Shown: one piece after another, positions 25,159 to 30,384 of the stretch | How positions within the stretch are numbered: position 1 is the first letter of the stretch | Layout of the letters: each line of letters opens with the position of its first letter | Source of the DNA: a virus | Taxonomy: Duplodnaviria; Caudoviricetes | Virus record (IMG/VR): IMGVR_UViG_3300022178_000631 | Coordinates: 1-30,384 of that record | Reading direction: 5' to 3' (one strand) | Length of the DNA stretch: 30,384 bases | The notes under the pieces: model-generated | Databases searched by the model: none | The model's input: the letters and a program-made list of their open reading frames with translations, nothing else | Told to the model about the DNA's origin: nothing | Translations under genes and position numbers: made by a program

Positions 25159-26013
25159 ATGGCAGTAGCAACAGCAGTAGCAGCAGCAGGTGTAGTAGTA
25201 AACTTAGGAACAATGGGAATGTCTATTGGTCAAGCAGCTAAACAAAAAAGATTAAAAGAAGATGCCGATATTAAAGCTACTCAGGCTATATCAGACGCAA
25301 AAAAAGAAATAGACGTTAATTATATGGATCAGCTATCTATTGCTAAAGAACCTTATAGATTAGCTAGAGAGGCTGCTTTAAGCTCAGGTGCTCAGGCATT
25401 AGAAGCAGGTAGAGAAGGAAGCTCTAGAGGTGCGGCAGCAACAGCAGGTAGAGTTGTTGCAGGACAAAATAAAGCTCAACAACAGATTGCATCTACTATG
25501 TCTCAGGATATAGCAAGGTTAGACCAGCTTTCAGCACAAGAAGATTCAAATATAGCTACTAAATTAGCTACTTTAGATTTAAAAACAGCAGAAGGTGCTC
25601 AACTAGCATCTAGAGATGCTCAGCAAGCGAGAAACGCTGCTATTGCACAATCTATTAAGTCAGGAGGAGATGCACTTGTAAAAGGTGTGGAGACTTTTGT
25701 TCCTTTATTTCAAGACAAAGGAGAAACCCCAATAACAAACGGAAGTAATTCAGCATTGGCTACTAATCAATTAGGTGGTGGAGGTTTTACTATTCCTAAC
25801 GGAAGTAATTCAGCATTGGCTACTAATCAATTAGGTGGTGGAGGTTTTACTCTCTATCCTGACGGAAGTAATTCTCCAATAGACCCTAATCAATTAGGTG
25901 GTGGAGGTTTTACTCTCTATCCTGACGGATCAACCCGAATTAACCCCTTTGCTTTACCAGCTATAACTAGTTATCCTTATCTAGACATGTTTGGAAATCC
26001 TGTAACAAAATAA
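25159..26013 (+). CDS. Probable internal virion/ejection protein (small)
   Basis: Hydrophobic Ala/Gly N-terminus (MAVATAVAAAGVVV..G..G.SIG), Ala/Gln-rich helices, repeat-rich tail; synteny. Confidence 0.7.
   Translation: MAVATAVAAAGVVVNLGTMGMSIGQAAKQKRLKEDADIKATQAISDAKKEIDVNYMDQLSIAKEPYRLAREAALSSGAQALEAGREGSSRGAAATAGRVVAGQNKAQQQIASTMSQDIARLDQLSAQEDSNIATKLATLDLKTAEGAQLASRDAQQARNAAIAQSIKSGGDALVKGVETFVPLFQDKGETPITNGSNSALATNQLGGGGFTIPNGSNSALATNQLGGGGFTLYPDGSNSPIDPNQLGGGGFTLYPDGSTRINPFALPAITSYPYLDMFGNPVTK
25738..25929 (+). repeat. In-frame 60/63-bp tandem repeat, 3 units plus a partial fourth
   Basis: Units start at 25738, 25798, 25861 and (partial) 25924; core CTAATCAATTAGGTGGTGGAGGTTTTACT encodes NQLGGGGFT. 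Confidence 0.95.
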
Positions 26014-26024
26014 ATTATTAAGAA

Positions 26025-27527
26025 ATGGCAGAATATTATGGGTACGCAGAAAGAAAGGATTCAGACTATATAGACTGGAATAAGGTAGGTACTGATGTTA
26101 ATAAAAAATTAGATGATGAAAACACTAGAAGAGCCACTGCAAAGAAGGAATTAGAAGACGCTCATAGGGCTGCTCAGAATATTTTTGACACTCCAAATAT
26201 AGGAGATAATAAAACCTTAAACGAAATATATTTAAGTAATGCAGAGCAAGCTAAACAGCAAGAGTTGATTTGGTATAAGTCAATGAAAAATGGAAAAATG
26301 AATCCTGCTGAATTTACTATGCTTAAGCAGAATCTATTAGATAGTAATAAAACTTTTACAACTGTTGTTAAGACAGCTCAAGATGCTTTTACGAAAACTA
26401 AAAAAAGAATAGACGAGGGTGTAGCTAGTCAGATAGAGATAGATCAAATGAAAAAGATTCAATCTTTTACAGACTTAAATAATTCAGTGACTAGAATAGA
26501 CCCTAAAAGTGGTAAAATGGTATTTACTAAGAGGAATGATGACGGAAGTCCTAGCGATGACCCTAATGACATTATGAGTATTCAGAGTGTTATCACTGGT
26601 TTAGGAGTTACTGTTGACAAATATTTTCTTAGTGATGAAGTGGCACTAGATGTTGCTGATTTAGCTAAAAAATACTCCGAAGTTGTAGGTAAAGGTCGTA
26701 TTGCTTCTATAGATGATATAAGAAGAAACCCAGAGTTTAAAGGAGCATTAGATAATTATGTTGAAGCTAAATTAGTTGACCCTAACAATGTAGCTAGTAT
26801 ATTAAATCAATTCTCAAAAAATAATTACAAGACTTCTTATGATATTAAAGATAAAGGAAAAGAAGGTATTATATATATAGATAATTCCGGTAATATTCCT
26901 AAAGCTGTGATAACTGATAAACAGAAAGAAGATGCTGCTAAAATAGTTAGGGGTGTATACGAGGTTCAGATAGGAAAAGGAGAAACGTATAGAGCACCTT
27001 CTTCTAGTAGTTCTAATGGCTCTGGAGCAACTAGAAGAATTAAAGGTAACTTAATGGATTCTATTGCGAAACTTTATTATGGAAATAAAAAAGACAGAAC
27101 TGTAGCTGCTAACACAATTAGGAACTACTTAAATGAAAAGAAAAAAGTAACTGATAAAATAGAAATTATTGGTAGTGAGGTACGTGTATGGGATGAGGTT
27201 GGCGATAATTTTGTACCTTACAATATTGAGGAACTAAGTCTGCCAGATTTCTTAGAGAGTTTAGCTGGGAAAGTTGGTATACAAGATAGTAATATAGTAA
27301 ACAAGTATAAGGATAAATACAGTGACTTAGAAAAATACACAAGGTCATTCGAAGATATGCTTCAGAAAGGAGAGGATAGTTTAGATGATAGAAAAGAGAG
27401 AGCAGATCGAGAAGCTGCTGAAAAATACGCTGATACCTATGTAGGTTTTGGTCAGATTCCTTACTCTCTTTCCGGGAAATCTAGTAACACGCAGTCTTCA
27501 ACAGGAGGAGTAGGTTCAAAATATTAA
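26025..27527 (+). CDS. Probable internal virion/ejection protein (medium), 500 aa
   Basis: Charged helical protein with no Cys; lies between the small and giant ejection genes. Confidence 0.65.
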   Translation: MAEYYGYAERKDSDYIDWNKVGTDVNKKLDDENTRRATAKKELEDAHRAAQNIFDTPNIGDNKTLNEIYLSNAEQAKQQELIWYKSMKNGKMNPAEFTMLKQNLLDSNKTFTTVVKTAQDAFTKTKKRIDEGVASQIEIDQMKKIQSFTDLNNSVTRIDPKSGKMVFTKRNDDGSPSDDPNDIMSIQSVITGLGVTVDKYFLSDEVALDVADLAKKYSEVVGKGRIASIDDIRRNPEFKGALDNYVEAKLVDPNNVASILNQFSKNNYKTSYDIKDKGKEGIIYIDNSGNIPKAVITDKQKEDAAKIVRGVYEVQIGKGETYRAPSSSSSNGSGATRRIKGNLMDSIAKLYYGNKKDRTVAANTIRNYLNEKKKVTDKIEIIGSEVRVWDEVGDNFVPYNIEELSLPDFLESLAGKVGIQDSNIVNKYKDKYSDLEKYTRSFEDMLQKGEDSLDDRKERADREAAEKYADTYVGFGQIPYSLSGKSSNTQSSTGGVGSKY

Positions 27528-27539
27528 TTAAACTAAAGT

Positions 27540-30384
27540 ATGAACGAAGAAGCAATAAAAGACGCATATCAATTATTTGTAAATAACGGGTACAGTAAGT
27601 CTGTAGAAGAATTTAAAGTTCTTATGAGAGAAAATGAGAACGCTAGGAAAGATATGTTTGATCTTTTTGTGTCGGAAGGTTATAAAAAAAAACCTGAAGA
27701 TTTTAACCTTTTGATGGGTGTTGGTCAAGTAAAAAAAAAAGTCAATTCAAAGGTTACTTCTCGAGAGGAAGGTACGGATTCACCTACAGAACAAGTGGTG
27801 GAAGAACCTATCTCTGTGGAATCTTCTGCTCAGGTAAATAATGGATTAAGTGAATCTGAGTCTTCGGAGGCATTAGATTTTATAAAAAATATGCAAAGAG
27901 CAGAAGCTCCTGCTTCTGATGCACCTACAAAAAGAGAATCTTCTGGTTCATCTCCTAAGAGGATAAAATTAACTCCTTCAACAAAAGACCTACAAGAACA
28001 AAATGTAGATATAGAATCAACAGAAGGAAGAGAATTTTTAAAAGAAGGAGGCAGTAAGTTTTTAAATAAAGAAGACGACCCTACTTGGCAGAAAAAAGTA
28101 GAGGAAAAGCAAGTGTCGGAAGAGGAAGAGGATGCTGCTGCTGTAAAGTTAGAAGAAGATATAAAAGCAGTTAGAACCGCTAAACTTACAGAGGAAGATA
28201 AGGAAGTTAAAAGAGCTGAGATAGATTCAGCTATAGAGTCTGGAAATGACCCATTCACAAGAGGAATGAAGTATGTTAAGTCTTTTTTACTCAAAAACGA
28301 AGAGCATTCAGTCGCTGACTTAAATAAAGTGTTTAATCAGTATGGATACAAATTTACAGAAGAGCTTGGAGGAAGAAATGCTATTGGTATAGAGTCTGCA
28401 AACGGACAAAAAATAACTGTTGATTACGGAACTTCTGCCGTCTCTAAGAAGGGTACAGAAAACATTATTAACTCTGCAGTTACAGATATATGGCACTTTA
28501 TGAGTAAGCATAGAGTTGAGAGCGAATTAATAGAAGATAAAGTTCATGGATTTAAAGAAAAAAGAACCAATATTCTTATTTCGGAAGGAGTTCGCTCTCC
28601 AGAAAAAAGAAAACTTTATGCTGACATACTTACTGAGAAGGATCTAAACGAAAGAACATCATTAGTAAACACTAAGCTTGATGGTCTTCAGAGTCAATAT
28701 GATGACTACGAAAAACTAAGAATAGAACTAGAGTCTTCTGACCCTAAAACACAAGAAGAAGTAGATAGTTATAACTTATCTGCTGAGAAGTTAAATAATA
28801 TTGCAGCAGAACTAAAAACTAAATATAGTGATGTTCAGTCCATAAAGTCAGAACATGATGAGTTGGTAGGTAGATATACTCATTATCAAGCTGAAAAATG
28901 GGATTTAGGATCTATTTCAGTTCAATCTATATTAACAGGTTTTGTAGGAATCGGAGAAGGAGTTTCAGGACATAAAGCAGATTTTAAAGAAGCTCTTTTA
29001 AAGGCAGGTATGTCAATTTATGGAAATTACAAAGGTTTTTCAGATAAGGAAATGGAAGCCGTTAACTCCGTCATTACCACTCAAGGTAATATAGAGAGAG
29101 ATATGATTATTAATGGAGCGAACAGGCTTAAAAAAGACATGGAGTACTTTGGTACTACATTGGAAGCTATAGATAGGATAAAAGAAGAAAGCTTCGTAGG
29201 GGCAGCTCTATTGGGAAGTTTAGAGAGTGTAGCTCCAATGCTTTTAAATATAGTTCCTGGGGCAGGTAGCTCCCTAACTCTAGGAGGATTCTACATGCAA
29301 GGGTACGGAGGTAAAGAGAAATTGCTTAGACAATATAAAGGTTATGACGATTTAGGTATATTCGAAAAAATTACAATAAAAACATTGACATCTGCTGCTG
29401 GTGCTTTGTTAGAAAAAGCTGGTTTTGATAACGCATTCACGAGTACAGGAATGATTAACAAGCTTATTTCTAAAACATTAAAAGATTTACCGAAAGAAGC
29501 TAGCGAAATAGCTATCTTTAGCGCCCTAAAAAGGAATGCTATTCAACTATTCAAAAAGGTTGGTTCAGGTACAGCGGGAGAAGGTTTGACTGGTGGAATT
29601 CAAGAAATTTCAGATATAAGTATCACAGCCATATATAACACAATAAAAGATAAGGATGTTTTTAAAAATCCAAAAAGTGTAGGCGCTTTTGTTGAACGAG
29701 TTTTTGAAGCATCAGCATCTGAGGCTATAGGTGGATTTGCCATGACGCTACCAGGGTCAGTATACAAATCACTTAAAAAGGGGAAGACTATGGATCTTCC
29801 TAATGATGTGTTTGAGATGTTTTCGGCAATGACTAAGGACGAGGGGTTTGCAAAGTTATTTTCTCAAGACCTTAAGATAAAAATGTCTAGGGGAGAAATA
29901 ACACAGGAACAAGCTCAAGAGCAATTAGATAATTTTCATACATCAAAATCTACACTAAGTCAGATACCAAAAAACTATACTACTGACCAGACAAAAGAAG
30001 CTGCATATTTATTATTAAGAAAAAAAGATTTGGAACAAGAGATGTCAGGGAAGTCACCTGAGCTTGTTGGTGATAAAAAATCAGAAATAGATGAAATAAA
30101 TGAGAGATTAAAAACCATTTCTTCTAAGACTGAGACTGAATATGCTAATGAAAAAATAGAAATATTAGAAGCTAACAAGGAAGCGATTTCAAATATGCCA
30201 ATGGAAAAGGATACTAAGATAGCTATAGAGAAAGCTATAGATGATGAAGTGTCTGAGATTAAAAAAAGATTAAATAAACCAAAAACTTTAATTGATAAAG
30301 TAAAGGGAGTTTTTTCAAAGAAAGAAAAATCACCTATTGATGAAATAGACAATGAAATAAAGCTATTAGAAGAGAATAGAAGTA
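27540..30384 (+). CDS. Giant internal virion/ejection protein, 3'-truncated, >948 aa (not in ORF track)
   Basis: Translated by hand from ATG 27540 (MNEEAIKDAYQLFVNNGY...) with no stop to the window end; Gly-rich hydrophobic segments (FVGAALLGSLESVAPMLL..VPGAG; GEGLTGGIQE) and coiled coils. Confidence 0.9.
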   Translation, partial: MNEEAIKDAYQLFVNNGYSKSVEEFKVLMRENENARKDMFDLFVSEGYKKKPEDFNLLMGVGQVKKKVNSKVTSREEGTDSPTEQVVEEPISVESSAQVNNGLSESESSEALDFIKNMQRAEAPASDAPTKRESSGSSPKRIKLTPSTKDLQEQNVDIESTEGREFLKEGGSKFLNKEDDPTWQKKVEEKQVSEEEEDAAAVKLEEDIKAVRTAKLTEEDKEVKRAEIDSAIESGNDPFTRGMKYVKSFLLKNEEHSVADLNKVFNQYGYKFTEELGGRNAIGIESANGQKITVDYGTSAVSKKGTENIINSAVTDIWHFMSKHRVESELIEDKVHGFKEKRTNILISEGVRSPEKRKLYADILTEKDLNERTSLVNTKLDGLQSQYDDYEKLRIELESSDPKTQEEVDSYNLSAEKLNNIAAELKTKYSDVQSIKSEHDELVGRYTHYQAEKWDLGSISVQSILTGFVGIGEGVSGHKADFKEALLKAGMSIYGNYKGFSDKEMEAVNSVITTQGNIERDMIINGANRLKKDMEYFGTTLEAIDRIKEESFVGAALLGSLESVAPMLLNIVPGAGSSLTLGGFYMQGYGGKEKLLRQYKGYDDLGIFEKITIKTLTSAAGALLEKAGFDNAFTSTGMINKLISKTLKDLPKEASEIAIFSALKRNAIQLFKKVGSGTAGEGLTGGIQEISDISITAIYNTIKDKDVFKNPKSVGAFVERVFEASASEAIGGFAMTLPGSVYKSLKKGKTMDLPNDVFEMFSAMTKDEGFAKLFSQDLKIKMSRGEITQEQAQEQLDNFHTSKSTLSQIPKNYTTDQTKEAAYLLLRKKDLEQEMSGKSPELVGDKKSEIDEINERLKTISSKTETEYANEKIEILEANKEAISNMPMEKDTKIAIEKAIDDEVSEIKKRLNKPKTLIDKVKGVFSKKEKSPIDEIDNEIKLLEENRS

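Larger units (their letters stand above)
1..30384 (+). mobile_element. Tailed dsDNA phage (Caudoviricetes, podovirus-type, Bacteroidota host) structural and lysis module
   Basis: Co-oriented TerL, portal, scaffold, MCP, tail and ejection genes plus a lysis cassette; no tape-measure or sheath gene; no host housekeeping genes; Bacteroidota-type TAnnTTTG promoters. Prophage versus free phage cannot be decided from this window. Confidence 0.95.

Noticed and set aside
25738-25929. CRISPR-like array (29-nt core recurring every 60-63 nt)
   Set aside because: The intervening sequences are identical or related to each other, unit lengths are multiples of 3 within an ORF, and there is no leader or cas gene. 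It is a coding tandem repeat.
27684-27692. A9 run as the productive frameshift site
   Set aside because: Its -1 frame meets a stop within a few codons (TGA 27695-27697); only the downstream A10 opens a substantial alternative frame
209-30352. Minus-strand ORFs in the track (e.g. 209-433, 3774-4034, 9466-9696, 13365-13715, 27830-28294, 29975-30352)
   Set aside because: They are antisense shadows of well-supported + strand genes, with no motifs or expression signals
1-30384. Stop-codon reassignment as in some crAss-like phages
   Set aside because: Genes are full length in the standard code. TAG ends the portal and TGA ends TerL and others at sensible boundaries. Reading through TAG 693 hits TGA about 10 codons later.

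Overview
The whole window is the virion morphogenesis and lysis region of an AT-rich dsDNA tailed phage with podovirus-type organisation. All real genes are on the + strand and tightly packed. Gene order: two small basic Cys-containing proteins; an RcGTA Rcc01079-like head-spike base; a lysis cassette (two membrane proteins, peptidase M15 endolysin, probable unimolecular spanin); modular fibre/adhesin genes including LamG-like and C1q-like domains; a helper cluster (CxxC mini-protein, tandem GroES-like protein, 2OG-Fe(II) oxygenase); probable TerS, TerL, portal, scaffold and major capsid protein; connector/tail-ring proteins; a split, Cys-rich tail nozzle/stabilisation protein; a GNAT-like protein; and three probable ejection proteins, the last running off the window end (>948 aa). 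Six exact TAnnTTTG (-7 box) promoters plus one variant, and A-rich leaders without Shine-Dalgarno motifs, point to a Bacteroidota (probably Flavobacteriia) host. Several real ORFs are missing from the supplied track: 1-219, 246-401, 7400-7579, 23700-23879 and 27540->30384. The most intriguing signals are a candidate recoding site (A10 run with an overlapping -1-frame peptide) in the giant ejection gene, a TerL with no ATG start overlapping TerS, a 9-codon remnant of a head-spike fibre, and the chaperone/redox/hydroxylase cluster. Family assignments come from motif recognition and synteny only; no searches were run.
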